The notes below the pieces were generated by a model. It saw only the letters and a list, made by a program, of their open reading frames with translations. It was not told the origin of the DNA and ran no database searches. The position numbers were made by a program, and so were the translations under genes. From assembly GCF_963921235.1 (NCBI RefSeq), contig NC_086108.1, positions 61,382,001 through 61,446,000 on the forward strand: 64,000 bases of DNA, read 5' to 3'. The stretch comes from Mobula hypostoma (lineage: Eukaryota). This document shows positions 11,132-21,732 of the stretch, piece by piece. Every line of letters starts with the position of its first letter. Within the stretch, counting starts at the first letter, position 1.

Positions 11132-14100
11132 GGCACTGAGTCTGACTCTGTGGTGCAGAAGGGTGGGATGGAGAAGAGGAGAGCTATCGTCATTGGAGAC
11201 TCTATAGTCAGGGGAGCAGACAGGAGATTTTGTGGACGTGAGAAGGACACCCGCATGGTTTGTTGCCTCCCAGGTGCCAGGGTCTGGAATGTCTCTGACC
11301 GGGTGCATGACATCCTGGTACAAGAGGGAAAGCAATCAGAATTTGTGATACATGTTGGTACCAACGATATAGGCAGGAAGAGGGATGAGGTCCTGAAGTG
11401 TGAGTTTCAGGAACTAGGCAGAAGGCTGAAGAACCGGACCACAAGGGTGGCATTCTCAGGATTGCTGCCAGTGCTACGTGACGGTGATGGTAAGAATTAG
11501 AGGGGATGGCAGTTGAATGCATGGCTGAGGAGTTGGTGCAGGGAGCAGGGTTTCAGATTTTTGGATCATTGGGATCTCTTCTGGGGAAGGTGGGATCTGT
11601 ACAGATTGGATGGATTGCACCTGAACTCGAGGGGGAGCAATATCCTTGCAGGTAGGTTTGCTAGCATGGTTCGGGAGGGTTTAAACTAATTTGCGAGGGG
11701 GATGGGACCCAGAGCGATAGAGTAGTGAAAGAAGTGCATGGAGTAAAGCCAGATCTAACAATCAGAGAGGCTTTAAGGAAAGAGAAGCAGAATAAACGGT
11801 GTAAAGGTAGTAAGGTAGAAGGGTTGAAGTGTGTGTACTTCAATGCAAGAAGCATCAGGAACAAAGGTGATGAACTGAGAGCTTGGATACATACGTGGAA
11901 TTATGATGTAGTGGCCATTACAGAGACTAGGCTGGCACCAGGGCAGGAATGGATTCTCAATATTCCTGGATTTCAGTGCTTTAAAAGAGATAGAGAGGGG
12001 GAAGAAGGGGAGGAGGGGTGGCATTACTGGTCAGGGATACTATTACAGCTACAGAAAGGGTGGGTAATGTAGCAGGATCCTCCTTTGAGTTAGTATAGGT
12101 GGAAGTCAGGAACAGGAAGGGAGCAGTTACTCTATTGCGGGTATTCTACAGCCCCCTGGTAGCAGCAGAGATACAGGGGAGCAGATTGGGAGGAAGTTTT
12201 TGGAAAGGTGCAAAAATAACAGGGTTGTTATCATGGGTGACTTCAACTTCCCTAATATTGATTGGCTCCTGTTTAGTTCCAAGGGTTTAGATGGGGCAGA
12301 GTTTCTTAAGTGTGTCCAGGACGGATTCCTGTCACAGTATCTTGACAGGCCGACTAGGGGAAATACCATACTAGATCTAGTACTAGGTAATGAACCGGGT
12401 CAGGTCACAGATCTCTCAGTGGGTGAGCATCTGGGGGACAGTGACAACTGCTCCCTGGCCTTTAACATTATCATGGAAAAGGATAGAATCAGAGAGGACA
12501 GGAAAATTTTTAATTGGGGAAGGGCACATTATGAGGCTAAAAGGCTAGAACTTGCAGGTGTGAATTGAGATGATATTTTTGCAGGGAAATGTACTATGGA
12601 CATGTGGTCGATGTTTAGAGATCTCTTGCAGGATGTTAGGGATAAATTTGTCCCGGTGAGGAAGATAAAGAATGGTAGGGTGAAGGAACCATGGGTGACA
12701 AGTGAGGTGGAAAATCTAGTCAGGTGGAGGAAGGCAGCATACATGAGGTTCAGGAAGCAAGGATCAGAAGGGTCTATTGAGAAATATCGGGAAGCAAGAA
12801 AGGAGCTTAAGAAGGGGCTGAGAAGAGCAAGAAGGGGGCATGAGAAGTCCTTGGCGAGTAAGGTAAAGGAAAATCCCAAGGCATTCTTCAATTATGTGAA
12901 GAAAAAAAGGATGACAGGAGTGAAGGTAGGACCGATTAGAGATAAAGGTGGGAAGATGTGCCTGGAGGCTGTGGAAGTGAGCAAGATCCTCAATGAATAC
13001 TTCTCTTCGGTATTCACCAATGAGAGGGAACTTGATGATGGTGAGGACAATATGAGTGAAGTTGATGTTCTGGAGCATGTTGATATTAAGGGAGAGGAAG
13101 TGCTAGAGTTGTTAAAATACATTAGAACGGATAAGTCCCCGGGGCCTGACGGAATATTCCCCAGGCTGCTCTATGAGGCGAGGGAAGAGATTGCTGAGCC
13201 TCTGGCTAGGATCTTTATGTCCTCGTTGCCCACGGGAATGGTACTGGAGGATTGGAGGGAGACGAATGCTGTCCCCTTGTTCAGAAAAGGCAGTAGGGAT
13301 AGTCCGGGTAATTATAGACCAGTGAGCCTTATGTCTGTGGTGGGAAAGCTGTTGGAAAAGATTCTTAGAGATAGGATCTATGGGCATTTAGAGAATCATG
13401 GTCTGATCAGGAATGGTCAGCATGGCTTTGTGAAGGGCAGATCGTGTCTGACAAGCCTGATAGAGTTCTTTGAGGAGGTGACCAGGCATATAGATGAGGG
13501 TAGTGTAGTGGATGTGATCAACATGGATTTCAGTAAGGTATTTGACAAGGTTCCACATTGTAGGCGTATTCAGAAAGTCAGAAGGCTTGGGATCCAGGGA
13601 AGTTTGGCCAGGTGGATTCAGAATTGGCTTGCCTGCAGAAGGCAGAGAGTCATGGTGGAGGGAGACATTCAGATTGGAGGGTTGTGACTAGTGGTGTCCC
13701 ACAAGGATCGGTTCTGGGACCTCTACTTTTCCTGATTTTTATTAACGACCTGGATGTGGGGGTAGAAGGGTGGGTTGGCAAGTTTGCAGACGACACAAAG
13801 GTTGGTGGTGTTGTAGATAGTGTAGAGGATTGTTGAAGATTGCAGAGAGACATTGATAGGATGCAGAAGTGGGCTGAGAAGTGGCAGATGGAGTTCAACC
13901 CAGAGAAGTGTGAGGTGGTACACTTTGGAAGGACAAACTCCAAGGCAGAGTACAAAGTAAATGGCAGGATACTTGGTAGTGTGGAGGAGCAGAGGGATCT
14001 CAGGGTACATGTCCACAGATCCCTGAAAGTTGCCTCACAGGTAGATAGGGTAGTTAAGAAAGCATATGGGGTGTTAGCTTTCATAAGTTGAGAGACAGAG

Positions 14101-14687
14101 TTTAAGAGTCACGATGTAATGATGCAGCTCTCTAAATCTCTGGTTAGGCCACACGTGGAGTACTGTGTCCAGTTCTGGTCGCCTCACCATAGGAAGGATG
14201 TGGAAGCATTGGAAATGGTACAGAGGAGATTTACCAGGATGCTGCCTGGTTTACAGAGTATGGATAATGATCAGAGATTAAGGGATCTAGGGCTCTACTC
14301 TGGAGAGAAGGAGGATGAGAGGAAGGAAGGAGGAGACATGATAGAGGTATACAAGATATTAAGAGGAATAGATAGAGTAGACAGCCAGCGCCTCTTCCCC
14401 AGGGCACCACTGCTCAATACAAGAGGACATGGCTTTAAGGTAAGGGGTGGGAAGTTCGAGGGGGATATTAGAGGAAGGTTTTTTACTCAGAGAGTGGTTG
14501 GTGTGTGGAATGCACTGCCTGAGTCAGTGGTGGAGGCAGATACACTAGTGAAGTTTAAGAGACTACTGGATGGGTATATGGAGAAATTTAAGGTGGGGGG
14601 GTTATGTGAGAGGCAGGGTTTGAGGGTCGGCACAACATTGTGGGCCGACGGGGCCTGTAATGTGCTGTACTATTCTATGTTCTCTGT
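11132..14687 (+). mobile_element. 5'-truncated CR1 LINE (ORF1 SGNH esterase; ORF2 APE endonuclease-RT) inserted in Gypsy gag
   Basis: ORF1 IGDSIVRG..HVGTND..DGLH; ORF2 [70 protein letters not shown] tail; several stops and frameshifts. Confidence 0.95.
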
Positions 14688-14694
14688 AAGATAT

Positions 14695-14830
14695 CAAGTG
14701 TAGGGGCTTTCTTTTGCTCCTCTACATTGCTTGAGTTACAATGCAGTTCAGTCCTCCCAATATACAACTCTCAGCCTTCATTAGAGCGATCAAATTTGTC
14801 AACTTTGCCAACTGAAGCCATCACCATGTT
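14695..14830 (-). pseudogene. Gypsy gag N-terminus, separated from the rest by the CR1
   Basis: MASVGKVDKFDRSNEG*ELYIGRTELHCNSSNVEEQKKAP continues into LSALMGPNMRSLLCNLITPEKP at 11072-11140. Confidence 0.75.
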
Positions 14831-14978
14831 ATCTTCACTTTAAATTTAGTTCATCTTTCACTGCTACTCACACATCCTTTGGCTTTCTCATGTTGTTTAA
14901 CCCTCGCTGTTTCGTCCCATAACTGTTGGTACAGTTCTGAATATTTTCTGACATTCAGGTTTGTACTCGTTGTCAATT

Positions 14979-15172
14979 TGCAATGTCTGTGCACAACTAC
15001 ATATAAATTAAATAAAAGCGTACATGCAAGATTTGGCTTTAACTGGTGAATTCACATTGTAGCGACAGAGAGAGAGAGTGAACCATGTGCATGTGTAGAC
15101 AACAGAGCATGTTCAGACAACAGTGCTAAGGGGAGGACCATTGCTCTAAAAGAATTAGATCAATACATTACA
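14979..15172 (-). repeat. 5' LTR of the Gypsy element
   Basis: TG...CA termini (TGCAATG..CATTACA); adjacent minus-strand TGACAACGAG resembles a decayed TGGCGACGAG primer-binding site. Confidence 0.85.
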
Positions 15173-15214
15173 GTATTCAGTGCAATGATAATAGATTACG
15201 ATTGTAAGTCTTGA

Positions 15215-15990
15215 TCTGGCAAATGGTACTCAGTATAAGAAAATGTGAAATTGGCCATCTTGGCAGGAAAAATAAAAAGATTTTATCTAAGTTGTGAGAG
15301 ACTTCGAAGTTGGAGGATCTGGGTTTCTTTATGTACGATTCATGAAAAGCTTTTTAATAGCTGTATTCAGTGATTAATTAAGAAAGTTAACAGAACTTTG
15401 TTGTTTGCTTAGGGAGATGAATAAATAGTAAGATTATGCTTCAGTTTTATATGACGTTGGTGAAACCACAACCAAAATACTGTGTACATTCTTCATCTTC
15501 TTATTTAGAAATGGATTTAGTATGTTGGCAGCAGTTCACAGATATACAAGACAGATGCCTGGAGTGGGCAAGTCATAAAATAAAGAATTGTTGGGCAAAC
15601 TAGGTTGCATTCATTAGATACGAGAAGAGTGAGGGAGACGATTAAAATAGCTAGAACCTTGGAGGTCATGACAGGATGTGAAGAGGATGTTTCCTCTTTT
15701 GGATAAATCTAGATCTCGGGATTACTATTAATAATAATGAGTCATCCACTTAAGACAGGGATGAAGTGATTTTTTTCTGAGAATGTTCAGTCTTTGGGAC
15801 TTTTTCCTCGAAGATTGCTGGGAGCAGTATCTTCAAGTATTTTTGCAGTAGAGATAGATCACTACTTGATAATCATGTAGAGTGAAAAGTTATTGCAGAT
15901 AAGAAAGATTGAAGATCAGGAATGTGGAAATGAGGTTACAGTCAGAACCACAATGATTTTGTTAGATGGCATTAAAGATTTGTCTGGCCT
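15215..15990 (+). mobile_element. Old degraded CR1 ORF2 3' portion
   Basis: Decayed similarity to CR1 WQM..KCE..H.GRKN and LV.P...YCV regions elsewhere in the window. Confidence 0.55.
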
Positions 15991-18247
15991 GCACGTAATT
16001 CATATAGTTGTATTTATTTCTGCAGTTGTTGCTTATCCAAAATGTTTCATGGATGTCTGGTTTCATTTAGAAAATCTATAGTGTCACTCAAATACTGGAG
16101 GGTGTCCTCAGTAACTTTAAATGGTCACTTGCCTCTCTACTATCATGGACAGGAGCATCTGCCACGGGTAGGCAAGTCAAGAACTGGTTCATCACTTGTG
16201 TTGGTTGACTCATTAACTGCAAGAAAAGTATATGGGTGAAATGGCCTGTTCTGGTCTCTGTCTTTCTCACATTGCTCTTCAATGGCTTGTCCACTTTGTA
16301 TTTATGCAGGCATAAAGTCAGTGATAAATTGAAGTGTGAGGAGATTAATGCAAATTATATCAGGCAGCTATTTATGCATGTTTTTCCTCTTTTCTATTGT
16401 AAGATGAGTACAATGCACTCCAATTTGGTTGTGGGGTATGCTAGCTCAATATTTTCAGCCATCGGTCTCTCTGCTAAGTTCCTGGTGGCTGCTTTTTATG
16501 ACAGGCAGAGGAGATTCTTAAAAAACGTTCTATTCTCCCTGAATATTCAAATTAGGGGTTAATGCCTGCTGAACAACCCTACTGAGAAATTCATTGATAA
16601 TGAATGGGAAAGTGTTGGGCATTCATCAGTGAAATGTTGATTTAGGGAATTAAAACTTGTTTTTTTAAAAATATGAACACTGTTTTCCCAGGAAAAGCAA
16701 GTGCACACTTATCCTGTCCCTGCACTTGTTTCTCTTGGTGTCCAAACATGCATCATTATAAGTGAACAGCAGCACTCCTATGAGATGGAGATTCCAAAGA
16801 TTAATCAGGTTTTGGGGTTGGTCACATACATCTCTCAGGACTAAACAGCCCACTTCTTATCCTGACGAAGACTTCAATCTATCATGATGGAATGTTCCAT
16901 GCTAGTTGCTAGCTAACCCCACAGGAGCGTAATTGATACATATGCCTGATCCCTGTGCACAGTTCTGATTTGTGAATATTTAATGTGTAACAGAATAGGC
17001 ATCTCGGTATTGAGAATCTACAATAAGTGTTTATTTATAACTTCTTGTACTCTTGAAATAAATTATTATGCACCTTTTAGTATGCAGACAGGACATAATG
17101 GTTAATAGACTCTCTGCATTTCTTAATTTACTGGCTTGATCAATTTAAAGCTGAATTCTTCAAGCAAACGGGTTAATTGCTGCTTGGAGCTAGCACAGAG
17201 AGTTACAAGATGATAGATTGAAATGTTTGCCGGCAGTTTAGTTCTGAAAAATCTAGATCACCAATCCCTTATTCTAATGCACTTTTCACTCAGAGAGTTT
17301 TGAAGTTTTCCATTCCATAGGGGTACAGAGATCTGGTGGATGAATATATTAAAGATTGATAATGACAGGTATTTCAACACCAAGGGAAGCAAGAATAGGA
17401 CAAGGAAGTGTGATGAGAGAGTCAAATATACCAAATGGTTGGCGGAAGGTGTTCATAGGAACCACCTCCCGACCCTCATATCGCTTATACTTTATGACTA
17501 TTCTGGCCATAATGATAGCCTTTATTCGAGATGTGAATGTGTGATTGGAAAATGGAGTTACTTGCTAATTTACAGAGTATAGAGCTGCAGTGACTATCCA
17601 CTTACTCCTTTGTGAAATGCATTGTTCTTGTGATCAATGGCACTGTCTTGTAAGCATGGGCAAATAGGTTCCAATTAATACATTGCCACAATGAGCTAAC
17701 ATGGTAAAACAAGATTAACATTTTTGTGTTATATGACTCTAAAAGATTTAAAAGAAACGAAAAAAAAAAACCCCAAAGGAAGAAATTAGGTTGTGCCTAT
17801 TCATCTGACTTGTTATAAAGCTAAATCTAGCCTCGGTGGGTATTGATAGAGACTGGGGGTTGAACAAGGATGGGTATGTGGAGGAGTGATTGAGGCAATC
17901 ACTTCAGGCTCCCTTGCCAAACTTATCCAGTGACAACGACTGGACATCAACTTACCTGTCCTGCATTTGAGTAAGAAAAGAATCGACCTGATCTACAAAT
18001 CTTCCCAGAATGAAACAGACTGCCAATGATCAGATAAGTAATGTAAAATTTGTATGTGCTGCATGCTAAAATTTATTTGTTGAATTAATGGCATCAGATA
18101 TATTCCACATTTCTTTAACTTCACGTATTTTCTCCCATCCATGTAATGCATCAACGGATAGAAATTACCAGGAACAAGCAGTGACTAGCATTATCTTGCC
18201 ACTCAGATCTGGGTGCATTTGTAAGAGTACTCGTATGTGCAAAGCTC

Positions 18248-18330
18248 ATCAGAATCAAAATCGGGTTTAGTATTAATGACATTGGTTGTGAAATTTGTTA
18301 TTTTGCAGCAGTAGTACACTGCAAGACATC
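18248..18330 (-). mobile_element. Rex1-type LINE 3' tail
   Basis: ATCAGAATCAAAATCGGGTTTA..GACAT..GTGAAATTTGTTATTTTGCAGCAG; reverse complement of the Rex 3' end type at 34320-34385. Confidence 0.6.
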
Positions 18331-18337
18331 AAAAGGA

Positions 18338-18639
18338 TGTCGCCGATCACCCTGGACCTCGGACTCCTGCTCGGGGTCTCACCCCATTAGCGGATTCACA
18401 GCACCTTGTCCATTCTCTGTCTCTCTCTCTCTCCCGCCTTTTCCCCAAAAACCCGCGCATCACAATATCTTACAGACACACAGAAAGAATAACATCTATC
18501 CTAATTGGTTCATAACATCCTCTTATCAATAACATAATCCAAACAAACTGCTGGTGGGAGGATTTTCTCAGCAGTTAACATAACAAAGAAGCCATTTTAA
18601 TTAGACTACGCAGTAACATAAAAGAAGAAACCCCTTACA
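18338..18639 (-). repeat. 3' LTR, internally deleted (302 bp)
   Basis: Matches 21431-21732 (about 17 substitutions and a CT indel by manual count); starts with TGT. Confidence 0.9.
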
Positions 18640-18652
18640 CTCTCCCCCCACC
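18640..18652 (-). other. Polypurine tract
   Basis: Plus strand CTCTCCCCCCACC (minus GGTGGGGGGAGAG) abuts the 3' LTR. Confidence 0.85.
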
Positions 18653-19134
18653 AAATAAAGTCATGTCTTCATGACTTCTATATAACTCGCCAACCAGTCC
18701 TACCGACACAAAAACCCATCCAGATACACACAGTGACATTGCTCCCCAAACAATAGACCTTCCGCCCGTCCACAGGCACTACATAGGCCAACCTATCTGG
18801 GAGCTTCCTAATCCTCGGAGACCTCCGTACCCCCTCACCTAAACCCTAAAGGCTCGGACACTACTAGGGATACCTCAAGTCTGCTTGCCAACTCCTCTTT
18901 CACTCATGCCACCACTACAACTCGGAGCCCCCTGTCCTGTGTCTGGGGCCCCACTTCTTTTCCTTCCTGGTCCTGCTGTAACTGAGACTGCCCACAGCTA
19001 GCCCTCCCCACTACACCTGACTCAGTGGGAGAAGGGCCAAAGGTCTCTTCCTCAATCACGGGGAAGTTAGCGGAAGGCAGCATGTACCACATGTCCGGCA
19101 CATCATCCTTCGAATCCATATTCTTCCTCATTCC

Positions 19135-19940
19135 CTCGATCGGTAGCTGCTGTTTGAGTTTCTCCAAACTGAAGCATTTAGCTGGGGCAACCCCTTCAGC
19201 CTCCTGCAGTCAAGACATCAGCTTCTTCTGGGACTCCTCCAACTCTCGCCACAGCCTCAGCAGCTCTGACTTAGGGTTCTTGGCCATCTCCATCTGGGAC
19301 GCAGTTACCCCACCAGCTGCTTCCACCCTGACCTGAAAAGCAACAGTTAAACTTCTTCCAGGTCAACTTTCAGTTTTTCCACTTCATTTAAAGTGTCGAT
19401 AGTCGTCTTCAGGTTCCTTTCAAGCGTCCTTTTTCCGAGATCTGTCCTCCATTTCTTCACCTCCTCGGGAGTGTAGTCAAACTCCCTTCCCTGGGCTCTC
19501 GGTTTTCTGTTGGCCTTAGTCAGACCACTTCCTTGATCTTCCCCAACTTGTAAGTCTTCCAATCTTTTCTGGATTGATGACTTGAGTTTCTGCTGATCCC
19601 TTCGAAGGTGGGTCATTGTTTCGTCTCGCTGGATTAATTCATCAGTATGACCGCAGTGTCAGCTCGGAGTTCCATTTCTCCTTCTCCACTTTGACGAGCA
19701 TGAATTCCAAGTCTGCAATGGTCTCCCTGCAAGAGCGGCACTCCATCTCCGGCCTGCATTTCTGAGTGTTCAGTTCAGCGGTGCAAATCCCCCCTCTCCC
19801 ATGTCTCATTCCAATTGACGACCTGGGTCCACCACGTCTGTTCCAACACCAGGAAGTTCAACTGGTATGTTGGGTCATTTTTCTCACATTGCACCAAACT
19901 CCTCCGGTCAAAAACTCCTCCACATTTTGCACTTTGCTTC
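19135..19940 (-). pseudogene. Captured, intron-less, degenerate myosin heavy chain rod (S2/LMM) fragments, MYH16-like
   Basis: Manual translation: [132 protein letters not shown], collinear with class II myosin rod motifs (EKNDL, DLELTLAKVEKEK, LDDLQAEEDK, RLEEAGGATSAQIE, AKCSSLEK). Confidence 0.85.
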
Positions 19941-19957
19941 TGTTGCCCAGGCTCAGC

Positions 19958-20223
19958 CACTCGCCTCGCCTCGCCTCATAGTCCCCCCAGGCGAATCCAA
20001 GCTCTAGGCGGTCATCCACATACGTCAAAACTCCACACACCTTCACTTCCCCCATGGTCTTCCTCATGCCCTGCGGGAAGGATGCAGGAGCTCCGGATAT
20101 GCCCTCTGGCATCTTTTCGGATTGGAAGAATCCTAGGGAACTAATAACGGCCGTCTTCTCCTCATCAGCCGCACTCCTCGGGATCTGGCAACATCCACTC
20201 CTCAGATCCAGCTCATTAAACCA
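19958..20223 (-). pseudogene. Gypsy reverse transcriptase fragment
   Basis: ORF 19858-20241 reads [52 protein letters not shown]. Confidence 0.88.
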
Positions 20224-20559
20224 CATCGCATAAATCCACACATTCGCTGCCTACATCTTCCGTGGTGCCAGGGTCCAGTCGCCGCGACCTCTCTCTCACT
20301 GAGGTGTCTTCAGCAGTCAACTCCCCTCCCTCATGGTAGCTCGGAGCGACTACTAAGAGGGTCTCACCCTCAGCTACTTCCCCCAGGCCGTACCACAGCT
20401 GGGTCTTGTTTAAATTCGGTACCAGCTCAAGGCTGCTACACACGTCCTCAGAAGCAACTCGACACGCTGGCTGCCCAGACAATTTCCCATGAACTCCAGG
20501 GTCATTAACCAATCATCATCTTCTGGATAACTACTGGCACTGGTACCCCAAATCTCCGG

Positions 20560-20690
20560 TGCTTAAGGGTAAATGCTTCAGACACAGGTTGTAAAACGAA
20601 CTGTACAACAACTTGACCTGCGCGCCGGGGTCGAGGATGGCTTTAGCATTGCTTCCCTCTATCCGTAACGACACCCTGAGGCGTGGTCCC
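20560..20690 (-). pseudogene. Gypsy aspartic protease remnant
   Basis: Minus-strand translation [49 protein letters not shown] is a decayed LDTGSQV active site. Confidence 0.75.
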
Positions 20691-21007
20691 TCTCAGCCTT
20701 CAGGAATAGGCTCTTCTCCTTTTGGAAGTTCATTGGTACATTGCTGGGAACATGCTTCCCCAGAGACCCCAAGCCGCTCCCCCACTGGGCCTCCACTAAG
20801 TTTCCCGACACCCCTCTGATCAGCTGAACAACTGACGGAGGGGCTGATCCCCTGAAATGATCCCCCGGCACTGCAAGCAATTTAGCCGCCCTCCTAGCCA
20901 GAGAAGACACACTGAAAACTTTTCCCCCTCTTTCAAACAACTGGAACCCACAGAGACACACATTACTGATTTAAACCGGGCAAGCACACAGCATACCACT
21001 AAATCCA

Positions 21008-21025
21008 ATCCTGGACGTGCCCCCA
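21008..21025 (-). other. Primer-binding site complementary to tRNA-Pro
   Basis: Minus strand TGGGGGCACGTCCAGGAT versus canonical tRNA-Pro PBS TGGGGGCTCGTCCGGGAT (16/18), 2 nt from the LTR end. Confidence 0.85.
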
Positions 21026-21027
21026 AA

Positions 21028-21732
21028 TGTAGCCCCCCCGCCCCCCCATCGGCCAGCCTCAGGGTCACTCAACTCGCTGTTGTCTAGGGAAACAGCCCTC
21101 AGTCCCACCAAACTGGGTAATAGTTTGTGTGGATGCTGTGTGATGTACCCCTCCCTGCCCAAATAACAGACAATACACCAGATACGATTAAATGATTTAC
21201 AGTTTATAGATATTACTGAAACTATATAATTAATAGAGAATAAAATATAAAAGGAAAATAAAAAGTGCCACACTTATCAAAGTTCATTCTCTTCGTGCCC
21301 AAACAGTTGGAGCTCAGGACCCTCCTTCTTCACCCTGCGTCTCCCCTTTGGACCACCTCGACCTGCCACCTGGGACCAACAACGGTGGTCAACCAGACGC
21401 TACACACGAGTCCGTCTCCGTCTCCTTTCCTCGCCGAACACCCTGGACTTCGGACTCCTGCTCGGGGTCCGACCCCATTAGCGGACTCACAGCACCTTGT
21501 TCATCCTCTGTCTCTCTCTCTCTCTCCCGCCTTCTCCCCAAAAACCCGCGCATCACAATATCTTTCAGACACACAGAAAGAATAACATCTATCCCAATTG
21601 GTTCGTAACATCCTCTTATCAATAACATATTCCAAACAAACTGCTAGTGGGAGGACTTTCTCAGCAGTTAACATAACAAAGAAGCCATTTTAATTAGACT
21701 ACGCAGTAATATGAAAGAAGAAACTCCTTACA
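21028..21732 (-). repeat. 5' LTR (705 bp)
   Basis: TGTAGC...CTTACA, bounded by the PBS and the AGGA TSD. Confidence 0.9.

Larger units (their letters stand above)
8521..15172 (-). mobile_element. Degraded Ty3/Gypsy LTR retrotransposon with a nested CR1
   Basis: Direct repeats at about 8521-8721 and 14979-15172; purine tract (plus strand CTTGCTCCCCTTTT) at 8722-8735; gag, CCHC knuckle, protease (LDTGS) and RT remnants on the minus strand. Confidence 0.9.
18338..21732 (-). mobile_element. Non-autonomous Ty3/Gypsy LTR retrotransposon carrying captured myosin heavy chain sequence
   Basis: TGT...ACA termini; 4-bp TSD AGGA (18334-18337 and 21733-21736); two LTRs; PBS and PPT; internal gag, protease and RT remnants plus pol C-terminal motif RRSPRIRKLPDRLAY. 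Confidence 0.92.

Noticed and set aside
12596..13687. Longest ORF (363 aa) as a host gene or active RT
   Set aside because: It is part of CR1 ORF2, broken by stops and frameshifts on both sides.
13650..14084. Antisense ORFs over CR1 RT (also 12529-12891 and 32128-32589)
   Set aside because: Shadow ORFs opposite LINE coding sequence with no independent protein signature.
19347..19616. ORF as an exon of a functional host myosin gene
   Set aside because: It lies inside an LTR element with TSD, lacks introns and has frameshifts, stops and deletions; it is cargo, not the gene.
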